Shown in pieces: positions 51,138-59,685 of a stretch of 64,000 bases of DNA. The DNA is from an uncultured Acidobacteriota bacterium (lineage in GTDB: Bacteria; Acidobacteriota; Thermoanaerobaculia; Thermoanaerobaculales; Sulfomarinibacteraceae). The notes beneath the pieces were generated by a model, which saw nothing but the letters and a program-made list of their open reading frames with translations, did not search any database and had not been told where the DNA came from. Both the position numbers and the translations under genes were made by a program. How positions within the stretch are numbered: position 1 is the stretch's first letter; each line of letters begins with the position of its first letter. The stretch spans positions 14,944 to 78,943 of the forward strand of contig CAVWAW010000023.1 of NCBI GenBank assembly GCA_963753035.1. Reading direction: 5' to 3'.

Positions 51138-52172
51138 ATGCGAAGGTGCAACAACTGTGAGCAAGAGATCGAGATGGATGTGGCGACCTGCCCCCACTGC
51201 GGCTTCGATCAGGTGGACCACACGACGGTGTCCGCCGACCTTCCTGCTCCTTTGGGCGCTCGAATCGCAGGCGGCGCGCTTGTCGCGAACGCGATCTTGG
51301 TTCTGATCGGGGCGTTCATCGATATCGAGAATGTCGCACCGATCAATCCGATCGGCGCCGCCGTCTTGGACATCGTTCTCGGGATCGCGCTGGTTCGGGG
51401 TGCCCGTAAGTTCGTCGTCTGGGTGATCGTCAGAGTGATTCTGGGCTTGCTCCTCTTTTCCGGTCTCGCGATCGCTTCGAGTGATTGGGTCAGCTTCTGG
51501 ATTCAGATCGTTCTGTCCTCGGGTGTCCTGCTGCTCCTGGTGGGGAATGCGTCCCGCCCGAGGATCATCGGAGGAGTGGCGCTGCTCTCACTTTACATGG
51601 TGGCGGCTGTCGCGGGGCTGCAGCAGATGGCCACCGGTAAGAGCTTTCTCACCCCACTGTACTCCAGAGGGCTCTATGACCTCGACCCCATCGAACCCAG
51701 CCGGCTTCATGGCAGCACGGTTGCGTATACCATCGAGCCGCCTGTTGACGGTTGGCAGCTGCGGACACCCGAGGCCGTTCGCCGTGACAACCCGGTGGTC
51801 GATCACTGGCTCGTCAACCCGGCTATGGACGCTCACATCCTGGTGATAGCCGAGTCGGTCGATCCGGGTAGCGAACTCAGCGTCGAGGCCCTGTCCGATG
51901 CGGTCATCTCGAACTTCGAGGCGGCGATCGAGGACTTTTCGTTGGACGGCCGCATCGCGCGTACGATTCTCGGCCGTCAATCGGAGGTCCTCGAACTCTC
52001 CGGCACCGTCGAGGCCCTTTCGATTCGTTACCGCGTGGCGTGTGTCGCTTCCGGGAACACAGCCATCCAGATCATCTGCTTCGCCGGACCGAGGGTGTTC
52101 CCATCGGTGGAAAAAGACTTCGACCGCGTAATCGATTCGCTCTTTATCGGTCCCTGGGAATCGTCTCCGTAG
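51138..52172 (+). CDS. zinc-ribbon / multi-TM / C-terminal globular domain hypothetical protein
   Basis: GGAGGAG lies before ATG 51138. MRRCNNCEQEIEMDVATCPHCGF (CxxC...CxxC), 4-5 TM helices, then about 170 aa of unknown domain. Visibly more A/T-rich codons than neighbouring genes. Confidence 0.7.
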   Translation: MRRCNNCEQEIEMDVATCPHCGFDQVDHTTVSADLPAPLGARIAGGALVANAILVLIGAFIDIENVAPINPIGAAVLDIVLGIALVRGARKFVVWVIVRVILGLLLFSGLAIASSDWVSFWIQIVLSSGVLLLLVGNASRPRIIGGVALLSLYMVAAVAGLQQMATGKSFLTPLYSRGLYDLDPIEPSRLHGSTVAYTIEPPVDGWQLRTPEAVRRDNPVVDHWLVNPAMDAHILVIAESVDPGSELSVEALSDAVISNFEAAIEDFSLDGRIARTILGRQSEVLELSGTVEALSIRYRVACVASGNTAIQIICFAGPRVFPSVEKDFDRVIDSLFIGPWESSP

Positions 52173-52202
52173 CTCGATTCCCGATCCCCAAGCAAGAGCT
52201 AT

Positions 52203-52277
52203 GGGCAACAGGTTCATACATTCGGTGATTCTCGGCAGACGCCGACAAACTAAAACCGAATGTGCGAACCTGGCACC
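52203..52277 (+). repeat. hairpin module D, copy 1
   Basis: CAGGTTCATACATTCGGTGATTCTCGGCAGACGCC (52209-52243), then ACCGAATGTGCGAACCTGGCACC pairing back. The 35-mer is identical to 55109-55143. Confidence 0.85.
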
Positions 52278-52314
52278 ATCATTTTTCCAACATCTTCTTG
52301 CAAAGAAACGGTGC

Positions 52315-55035
52315 CTACTCCCCTTCTTTAAGCAGGGCCGTGTAGATGTCTCCCGTCATCTCACCGGCATTGAAGACAAGCCGGTCGGCTCCTACCTCAA
52401 GCGTCCACATGTGCTTCGCAAACGACAACATCTTCATGGACGAGCCGTGCGCATGGGCCACCGGAAACGAATCGTCCATGGGCTCTTTGGTAACCGGGTC
52501 GAGGGACTGGCCCCAGACGCACAGGAAGTCATCGCGTTCCGAGAGGTAGTACACGGTGTCGCCATCGGCGGACCACCGGGGGGAGCCGACCCAGGAGTCG
52601 CCCGCCGCGATCTGCACCCACTGTTCGGGAGGCGCTGGAGGTTCCCGGACAGGTACCAAGAAAAGGGCAACCGTACCGTCAGGCTCGCCGGTCTGGATTG
52701 CGAGCCATCGGTCGTCCCGGGACAGATCCGTGTCCAGCAGCGCCTGATTCTCGAGTTCGAGGACCGTCCTCTCGACCCCATCGACGATACGAAGGTGCGA
52801 CAGCCTCCGGCCCCAGTCGACCAGGACATGGGCCCCGTCGGTGAAGAAGTCCACGGCGAGGCAATCTCGACAGAGCTCACGGCCCACCGGGTCATCCGTG
52901 GGCGCCACCGACGTGACCCACTGTCCGTCGACGCGATGCCGCCAGGCGACGAGCGAGCCGTCTCCACTCAGCCGCGGAAAAAGCGACGTGACCGCTATGG
53001 GATAGGTCAACGGCACCGTTTCTGTTCCAGTCGTCCGATCCTGGATGTGGATCTCGTTACGTGGGCTGTCTCGGGACCCGGCGTAGGTGGAGTACACAAG
53101 GCGGTTGCCGTCGCGGGTCAGGGAGAATGAAAATTTCGGAGAGGCGTCGTCGGTGATCGGTCGGAGGGCGCCGACGGCTCGCCCGCTTTCCCGGTCGAGA
53201 GCGACTTCCCACAGGTGAACCACCCAGGAGAAGCGGTCCAAGGCCATGCGGCCGTCGGCGGACACCTTCGGCACCCATGTCATCCCCGGCCCGGTGGTGA
53301 GCGACTCCACCGGTGCGCTCAGATGCCCGTCCTCGGAGATCGGCGCCCGGTAGAGGTTCATCCCCTCGATGGTCGTGCCGGAGATGAAGAGGAGCTGTCC
53401 CGGCAGCCAGACGGAGGGGAAGTTGACCATGTCGGGCATGACACCGGCCGCCTTCGCCCCGCTCGACCACGGTTCGCCGCCCTCAACCGGCGCAACCCAC
53501 CAGTCCTGTCGGCCGGGATCGTCCAGGGGACCGCCGAAGAAGATCACCAGCCGGCCATCGGGTGAAAAAACCGGACCTGAGCTGCTGGGTGGTGGGCGCA
53601 CCCCCCAGCCCGGGACGAGGGGTGCCGGCCGGCCTCCGTGAATGGGAGCTCTGAACATCCGGCGAAGGAACCCGGGTGACCACGCCGGGTCTTCCGAGTA
53701 GACGAATTCGGTGCCGTTCGGCGCAAACTGGGGAAAAATCCCGCGATCGGCCACTTTTTTCAATCCGCCACCGAGGGCGTTGATAATGTAGATCCCTCCT
53801 CCGTCCCGATGCGACCCGAATATGAGGCGCGAGCCGTCGGGGGAGAACGACGGGTGCCAATCATCCGCGGGGTGGTCGGTGAGTCGAGTCGGCTGAGGTT
53901 GGTTGATGTGCCGCACCCAGATGTCGGAGCCGCCCTCGCCGGCTCGATCCGACGAAAAGGCCACGAGATTGCCATCGGGCGAGATCGCCGGAGCGAAGCT
54001 GGCGCCGGCGTCATAGGTCAGGCGGCGGAGCTCCAGCGGTCGCGATCCCGCCTGATCCCCACGATTGAAGATCGTTGCCACCGCGACCGCTATCACGACG
54101 ACGCCGGCTATCCCGAGTACGACGGGCAAAGGGACCGACCGACGGCTCTTTTCGGGACCCGGCACGACCCTGCGGCCGGAGTCGGTGTCCTCCTTGAGAT
54201 CCTCGAGCACCGCCCTGAGATCCGACAGGCTCTGCCAACGTCGCGACGGTTTCTTGCGCAGACACCGAAGCACCGCCCGATCCACCTCCGGGGGCAGAGC
54301 CGGCACGATGGCGGTCGGCGGCTCCGGTTCCTCTTCGCGGATGGCCGCGATGGTCTCTAGAATCGTCCCACGGCGAAACGGATGCTGTCCTGTCAGCATC
54401 TCGTACATCAACACACCGAAGGCGAAGACATCGCTCCGAGTGTCTACGGGCTCCCCGGACGCCTGTTCGGGAGACATCCAACCAACGGTCCCAAGAACCG
54501 CCCGTTCTTCGGTCAGCGACGCCTCGTCGGGAGCCAGGGTCGGGGCCTCCGGGTGCGAAAACGGCGTCTCGGTGAGCTTGGCGAGCCCGAAGTCGAGCAC
54601 CTTGACGCCGTCCGAGGTCACCATCACATTGGCCGGTTTGAGATCCCGGTGCACGATCCCGGCCTCGTGTGCTCGCGCCATGGCGTCGGCGGTCCCGATG
54701 CCCAGGCCGAGCGCCTCGCTCAACGGTGGCCGTCGCCGCGCCAGGAGAGACTCCAGCGTTTCTCCCTCGATCAGCTCCATGACTAGCACGTCTTGATCCT
54801 CAACCGTCACCACGTCGTGCACGGCAACGATCCCGGGATGGTTGAGGGCGGAGGCGGCCTTCGCTTCCTGTAAGAATCGCTGCCGGCGATCCGGATCCGA
54901 AGTTTTGCCTGGCGGCAGCACCTTGAGCGCGACAAACCGATCGAGCAGCGTGTCCCGAGCCTTGTAGACGACCCCCATGCCGCCCTGGCCGAGCCGCTCG
55001 ACGATCCGATAACGATCGATGGTCGTGCCGATCAT
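52315..55035 (-). CDS. transmembrane Ser/Thr protein kinase with periplasmic TolB-like (PD40/WD40) beta-propeller repeats
   Basis: LGQGGMGVVYKA..VALKVL..HRDLKPANVM..DFGLAK..GWMSPE. One TM helix (VVLGIAGVVVIAVAVATIF). Repeated SPDG..(I/V)(A/I)F..DR.G...I(W/Y) units. Confidence 0.92.
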   Translation of the reverse strand: MIGTTIDRYRIVERLGQGGMGVVYKARDTLLDRFVALKVLPPGKTSDPDRRQRFLQEAKAASALNHPGIVAVHDVVTVEDQDVLVMELIEGETLESLLARRRPPLSEALGLGIGTADAMARAHEAGIVHRDLKPANVMVTSDGVKVLDFGLAKLTETPFSHPEAPTLAPDEASLTEERAVLGTVGWMSPEQASGEPVDTRSDVFAFGVLMYEMLTGQHPFRRGTILETIAAIREEEPEPPTAIVPALPPEVDRAVLRCLRKKPSRRWQSLSDLRAVLEDLKEDTDSGRRVVPGPEKSRRSVPLPVVLGIAGVVVIAVAVATIFNRGDQAGSRPLELRRLTYDAGASFAPAISPDGNLVAFSSDRAGEGGSDIWVRHINQPQPTRLTDHPADDWHPSFSPDGSRLIFGSHRDGGGIYIINALGGGLKKVADRGIFPQFAPNGTEFVYSEDPAWSPGFLRRMFRAPIHGGRPAPLVPGWGVRPPPSSSGPVFSPDGRLVIFFGGPLDDPGRQDWWVAPVEGGEPWSSGAKAAGVMPDMVNFPSVWLPGQLLFISGTTIEGMNLYRAPISEDGHLSAPVESLTTGPGMTWVPKVSADGRMALDRFSWVVHLWEVALDRESGRAVGALRPITDDASPKFSFSLTRDGNRLVYSTYAGSRDSPRNEIHIQDRTTGTETVPLTYPIAVTSLFPRLSGDGSLVAWRHRVDGQWVTSVAPTDDPVGRELCRDCLAVDFFTDGAHVLVDWGRRLSHLRIVDGVERTVLELENQALLDTDLSRDDRWLAIQTGEPDGTVALFLVPVREPPAPPEQWVQIAAGDSWVGSPRWSADGDTVYYLSERDDFLCVWGQSLDPVTKEPMDDSFPVAHAHGSSMKMLSFAKHMWTLEVGADRLVFNAGEMTGDIYTALLKEGE

Positions 55036-55102
55036 ATGTGCGTCCTGCCGTATGGTTCATTGCCAGTCTACTCCTGGGGGAGACGCCACAGCAAGCGAGA
55101 AG

Positions 55103-55172
55103 GGGTGCCAGGTTCATACATTCGGTGATTCTCGGCAGACGCCCACTACGAAAGACCGAATACGCGAATTCG
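55103..55172 (+). repeat. hairpin module D, copy 2
   Basis: GGTGCCAGGTTCATACATTCGGTGATTCTCGGCAGACGCC...ACCGAATACGCGAATTCGG. Same orientation as copy 1; the two copies bracket the kinase gene. Confidence 0.85.
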
Positions 55173-55205
55173 GATTTGGCTTCGGTCCGCAAGCCCGTTC
55201 TTCAA

Positions 55206-55448
55206 CCCCGGCCTTCTGGGACGCCTCAGGCGTCCCAGCGTCGCACGGGCAGCGTGGTCATTCGGTGGTGGATTGAAAGGGCGGCGACCACGCTGCCCGC
55301 GCGAGCGGCGGCCTCCTTCCAAGCCGGAACAGCCGGTAATCAGCGTCCTACCCGTGGAGTGCCCGGTCCCCATTTGTGCGGGAGGCGGCGCGTTGCCGGG
55401 AGATCTTTCCTGCGCAAATACGGACCCGGCACATCCCGGTGTGGCGGT
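55206..55448 (-). repeat. mosaic repeat copy R7 (inverted; H2, H1, B)
   Basis: CCCCGGCCTTCTGGGACGCC-tca-GGCGTCCCAG, and H1 at 55246-55299 (stem CGGGCAGCGTGGTC). Module B is CCATTTGTGC...GCGCAAATA. Confidence 0.8.
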
Positions 55449-55659
55449 GTTTCTCGCGTCCTGTTGCGGCCAAGGGGTCTCGGTCATGGCGGGAGATCAC
55501 GGCATGAGCCGCTTGGTCGCCCTCCCAACCCTCAATGAGTGGGTCGCGGGGCATGAATGCCCCGCCTACAGCTTTGAACACCTCGAGGTCATCCATCCCC
55601 GGTTGCCCAGGATCCTGTCACCCTTCAAGCCACGCCTCGCCCACCTTCAACTGCGATGC

Positions 55660-55790
55660 CTCTGCGCCTCCTTGCGATGGATGATCTCCGGGTCCATTGC
55701 GATGCAACCCAACGATGGTGCGATGACTCTGCGTCTTCGCGCCTCTGCGTCTCTGCGTTCAATTGCGATGATGCGATGACTTGGTGACCG
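55660..55790. repeat. family 2 repeat (GCGATG / CTCTGCG short-repeat rich), second locus
   Basis: ...GTGCGATGACTCTGCGTCTTCGCGCCTCTGCGTCTCTGCGTTCAATTGCGATGATGCGATGAC. Aligns with 22560-22650. Confidence 0.7.
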
Positions 55791-55836
55791 CTTGGCGCGT
55801 CCGACGCGCCACCGCGATTCGTCCGACGAATCGCCT

Positions 55837-58026
55837 CTACAGGCTCCCCTTGATCTCGGGCAGCCCACCGACACCCTTGAGCTCGATCATGATCCGGAAG
55901 TCGCGGGTCGGATAGAGCCCGATCTTGAGATCGCGGTACTCGGCGGAGACGGCCCAACAGCCGCCCTTCCAGCCGATCTGATAGCGCTGCTGCTGGATCT
56001 CCTTCTGCTCGATGTCGTAGGCGATGTGGAGTGCGGCGGTGACCGGGAAACCCGGCTTCATGAAGTTGATCAGGGTCCGGACCTGGGATGAAACCCGATC
56101 GCCGGAGATGGGGTTGAAGCCTGCGTACCAGGTCAGGCTGAGCGATCCGAGTCCGTTGCGGCCCAAACCTGTCAACGAGGTGGAGGTCAGATTCCGATTG
56201 AGCCAATCGTAGCTCGCCCGAGCATCGAGGCCGGTGCCGGGGCTCGGGGTCAGGCGCAGGGAGCCCGTCATCGGCCCCCAGCCGCTCGTGGTTCCGTCGG
56301 GCCCGAAAGTGAGAGGCCTCGAAAACGAGAAATCCTGAAAGACCTCGAACGAACCAAGCTCGACGGAGCTCAGGCTCTTTTCCGAGCGACCAAAGAGGCG
56401 GTTGGCCAGCGACAGCCTGACCCGGTTGTCCAGGGGTGTGCTGTCGACCTCGTCGGCAATGGGGATCTCGCTATTGTCCTCCCCGATTCCCTCCAGGTAG
56501 GCGTATTCGATCCGCGGCTCGAGGAGGTGTTTGAATTTCGAAAAACCCCACCGGCCCTTGTTGAAAACCCGCGATATCGAGGGACCGCCGATGTCGACCC
56601 CGGCTGCGACAAAGGCACGGTCGATGGGCTCGTCGAGGTACATGGTTTTGGTTTCGTTGTAGCGCGAGGTGTAGTAGGTGTAGCGACCCCCCACCCTCGG
56701 CGTCACGGTGAGCCACGGCGGGCCCGGCAGGGTGTAGTTGAGGGTCGGGAAAATATCGCCGCGCCAGTAGGTGCCGACCAGACCGGTGTCATCTCGAATT
56801 TGTTTGGGTGTTCGTTTGTCGACGGAGAACAGATTCACCGACGAGATGAGGTTCCAGTAGATATCGGTGTTGAACAACCGGGTCGAACGCACCCTCATCT
56901 CCGCCTCGGGAAGCCGCGCGAGGAGGCTGTCGTACGTGGTGTTCTTGTCGGGATCTCCCGAAGGGAGATCGGGATCGGTGAAGTTGAAGAACGTCAGCCG
57001 GTGGTCGGCGCTCAGATTGAGAGAGTACGGGCCCCAGCTCTGGGTGAGGAAGAGATACGAGTAGACGTCGCGCCTGGTGTTGGCCTCGAAGGTCCGGTCG
57101 AAGTCCTGGAAGAAATCAGGATCCGAGAGATTCTCGAGCTGCGCCTGGAGACGAAAGCCGAGGACATCGGCCTGATCGTAGTGACCGTTGACCCGCCACT
57201 GCCACTCGGCGTTCGCCTTGTCGTGGATGGCGTAGAGGTCGAGCAACCCGGCGCCATCCTGGAACGGCGCCCACCGGAGTTCATTGCCGATGCCGTAAAA
57301 TCCCTCGGAGAAATACTCGAAAACAAAGGTCGTGTCCCAACTTCGGCCGAGGGGAAAGTAAACCGGCAGGCCGATGTAGGCGCCGAGGCGGTCGGAGTAA
57401 CCAAAGCCCGGCATCAAGAGACCCGGAGATCGTTCCTTCTTGATGGGCCAGACCATATAGGGAAGATAAAAGACCGGGACGCCCTGGATCTTGACGGTCG
57501 AGCTCGTGAATTTGCCATAGCCCTCCACCTCGAGATTGGCCTTTTTGAGGTGGAAGCTCCACGGCGGGTGCTTTGTCTCGTCCTCACAGGTCGTAAAGAC
57601 GGCCTTGTCGACCCGGTAGCGGGTTTCGTCGAGTTTTTCGATGGATCGTCCCGAGAAGGTGTACATGGGCGAGACGAATCCCGTGGCGTTCAAAAAAAGC
57701 CCGGTCTTCGACCGCAGATTGTAGTGAAGTTCATCGGCGGTAAAACGGCTCGGTCCCTGATCGACGACGACGTCGCCCCGAGCCACGAGATCCATGGTCG
57801 CCCCGTTGTAGAGCACTTCGTCGCACGCGAGGACAACATCCTGGTAGTAGATCTTGACATTGCCGGTCCACAGACAGAGCTCTTCCTCTTCCTGGCAGTC
57901 CTGCTGATCCGCGGTCATCCGGAGGGCACCGTCCTGGGCCGGTTTGGGCTCCGTCGCGGACTCCTGCGCCCAACCGCCGGCGGCGACCATGGCCGCCACG
58001 ACAAAGATGGCGAGCGTGCGTTTCAT
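55837..58026 (-). CDS. lptD: LPS-assembly outer-membrane protein LptD (OstA family)
   Basis: Start at MKRTLAIFVVAAMVAAGGWAQ (ATG 58026). OstA N-terminal domain (LWTGNVKIYYQDVVLACDEVLYN...), then FYLPYMVWPIKKERSPGLLMPGFGYS and a long beta-barrel. Confidence 0.88.
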   Translation of the reverse strand: MKRTLAIFVVAAMVAAGGWAQESATEPKPAQDGALRMTADQQDCQEEEELCLWTGNVKIYYQDVVLACDEVLYNGATMDLVARGDVVVDQGPSRFTADELHYNLRSKTGLFLNATGFVSPMYTFSGRSIEKLDETRYRVDKAVFTTCEDETKHPPWSFHLKKANLEVEGYGKFTSSTVKIQGVPVFYLPYMVWPIKKERSPGLLMPGFGYSDRLGAYIGLPVYFPLGRSWDTTFVFEYFSEGFYGIGNELRWAPFQDGAGLLDLYAIHDKANAEWQWRVNGHYDQADVLGFRLQAQLENLSDPDFFQDFDRTFEANTRRDVYSYLFLTQSWGPYSLNLSADHRLTFFNFTDPDLPSGDPDKNTTYDSLLARLPEAEMRVRSTRLFNTDIYWNLISSVNLFSVDKRTPKQIRDDTGLVGTYWRGDIFPTLNYTLPGPPWLTVTPRVGGRYTYYTSRYNETKTMYLDEPIDRAFVAAGVDIGGPSISRVFNKGRWGFSKFKHLLEPRIEYAYLEGIGEDNSEIPIADEVDSTPLDNRVRLSLANRLFGRSEKSLSSVELGSFEVFQDFSFSRPLTFGPDGTTSGWGPMTGSLRLTPSPGTGLDARASYDWLNRNLTSTSLTGLGRNGLGSLSLTWYAGFNPISGDRVSSQVRTLINFMKPGFPVTAALHIAYDIEQKEIQQQRYQIGWKGGCWAVSAEYRDLKIGLYPTRDFRIMIELKGVGGLPEIKGSL

Positions 58027-58216
58027 GACGTCCCGCATCCGGCGATGTTGCCCCCGAGGGAGACCCGCCGGCGGTTCGATTCGGTCAAGAACCCGGTCAT
58101 CGATTGGATGTCCACGCGCTCCTCTCCGGTCGTGACCGGCCCGCACTCCCTCCTCGGATGGTAAGAGCAGGACACGAGACTCAGGTCATTGTAATCGGTG
58201 CCCGTACAATGGGCCT

Positions 58217-58633
58217 ATGCGCTTCCTTGGAATCGATCCCGGCGGCAAACGCCTCGGTCTCGCGTTGGGCGATGATCTTACCGGTTTCGCGACCCCGTTG
58301 GAGGTCGTCAGTTACCAGGGCTCGGTCCACGCGGTGAATCTCATAGTCGAGGCCATGGACGAATACGGTGCCGACATCGCGGTCATCGGTCTCCCGACTT
58401 TGGCCGACGGTTCTCAGACACCGGCCTGTACGAGATCGCACGCGTTGGCGGGAGCGCTTGCGGAACTCGGTGTGGAAACGGCGTTGCAGCCGGAGTTCTT
58501 GACCACGAACGAGGCGCGGCGGCGGGCGAGATCGTCAAACCGTCGACCCGGGCAACCGGTCGACGACATCGCCGCCCAGGTGATTCTCGAGGAGTATCTC
58601 GCGAGTCGACCGGCAAAGGACGTGTCGCGATGA
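58217..58633 (+). CDS. ruvX: Holliday-junction-resolvase-like nuclease YqgF/RuvX
   Basis: MRFLGIDPGGKRLGLALGD...VIGLP...DERLTT-like FLTTNEA. Confidence 0.88.
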   Translation: MRFLGIDPGGKRLGLALGDDLTGFATPLEVVSYQGSVHAVNLIVEAMDEYGADIAVIGLPTLADGSQTPACTRSHALAGALAELGVETALQPEFLTTNEARRRARSSNRRPGQPVDDIAAQVILEEYLASRPAKDVSR

Positions 58634-59643
58634 AACTCCGAACCGTTGTCGCGGCCCTCGTCGTGTCGGTCGTCACCGGTCTCGCCGCGGTCGGCGGATC
58701 GGCCTTCTGGCTCTGGACACAACTCTACGAGCACCGCAGCCCGGCCGCGGTCGAACTCGCAATCCCCGAGGGTCTTTCCGGCCGTGAGGTGCTGAACATC
58801 CTCAACAAACACGATCTTCTCCCATCCACCCTCGCCGGCCGGCTCTATCTGCGATTCGCAGCTGAGGGCCGATCGATTCGCTTCGGCACCTATCAACTCG
58901 ACGCGGCGAGCCGGCCGGTGGATGTCCTCGATCGCCTTCTCGACGGCCGGGTCGAGATGATCGCGGTGACGGTGGTGGAGGGATCGGATCTCGAGACCGT
59001 GGCGATTCAGATGGCCGCCGCCGGAATTGGCAGCGAGGCCGAGTGGCTCACCGTCGCCCAACGGGTTGATTGGATCGAGGATCTCGCTCCTGAAGCGCCC
59101 TCCCTCGAAGGGTTTCTGTTTCCGGATACCTACCAATTCGCAGAGGGCATCGGGGTCGAGGCAACGGCCCGCCACCTGGTGGATCGATTTCGAGCCGTGT
59201 TGACGGATGAGGTTTCGCACGGCCCGGAGCTCTGGGGCACAGTGTTCGATGTCGTGACCCTCGCTTCTCTGGTCGAAGCAGAGACCGCGTTGGCCACAGA
59301 ACGCGGCCGAGTCGCCGGGGTTTATCTCAACCGACTGGGCCGCGGCATGCTTCTCCAGTGCGACCCAACGGTTGTCTTCGCTCTCAAGCGCCGGGACGAA
59401 TGGACGGGCCGCCTGCTCCGGATCCACTGGGGCGTGGACGACCCGTACAACACCTATCGTTACCCCGGTCTACCTCCGGGGCCCATCAACTCCCCGGGCC
59501 GGGAGGCCATTCGGGCCGCCATCTCGCCCGACGAGCACAACTACCTCTACTTTGTGGCGTCGCCCGGCGGCGGCCACGCTTTCTCGCAAACCCTGGCCGA
59601 GCACAATCAGGCGGTGGCGAGATGGCAGCGCTCCCGCCGTTGA
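58630..59643 (+). CDS. mltG: endolytic murein transglycosylase MltG (YceG family)
   Basis: N-terminal TM helix; LEGFLFPDTYQF, ASLVEAE and VYLNRL..GMLLQCDPTV motifs. 4-nt overlap with ruvX. Confidence 0.9.
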   Translation: MKLRTVVAALVVSVVTGLAAVGGSAFWLWTQLYEHRSPAAVELAIPEGLSGREVLNILNKHDLLPSTLAGRLYLRFAAEGRSIRFGTYQLDAASRPVDVLDRLLDGRVEMIAVTVVEGSDLETVAIQMAAAGIGSEAEWLTVAQRVDWIEDLAPEAPSLEGFLFPDTYQFAEGIGVEATARHLVDRFRAVLTDEVSHGPELWGTVFDVVTLASLVEAETALATERGRVAGVYLNRLGRGMLLQCDPTVVFALKRRDEWTGRLLRIHWGVDDPYNTYRYPGLPPGPINSPGREAIRAAISPDEHNYLYFVASPGGGHAFSQTLAEHNQAVARWQRSRR

Positions 59644-59685
59644 CCCAAGACCGATCCCCGGTGTACGCTGGAGGATGGAGGGCAA

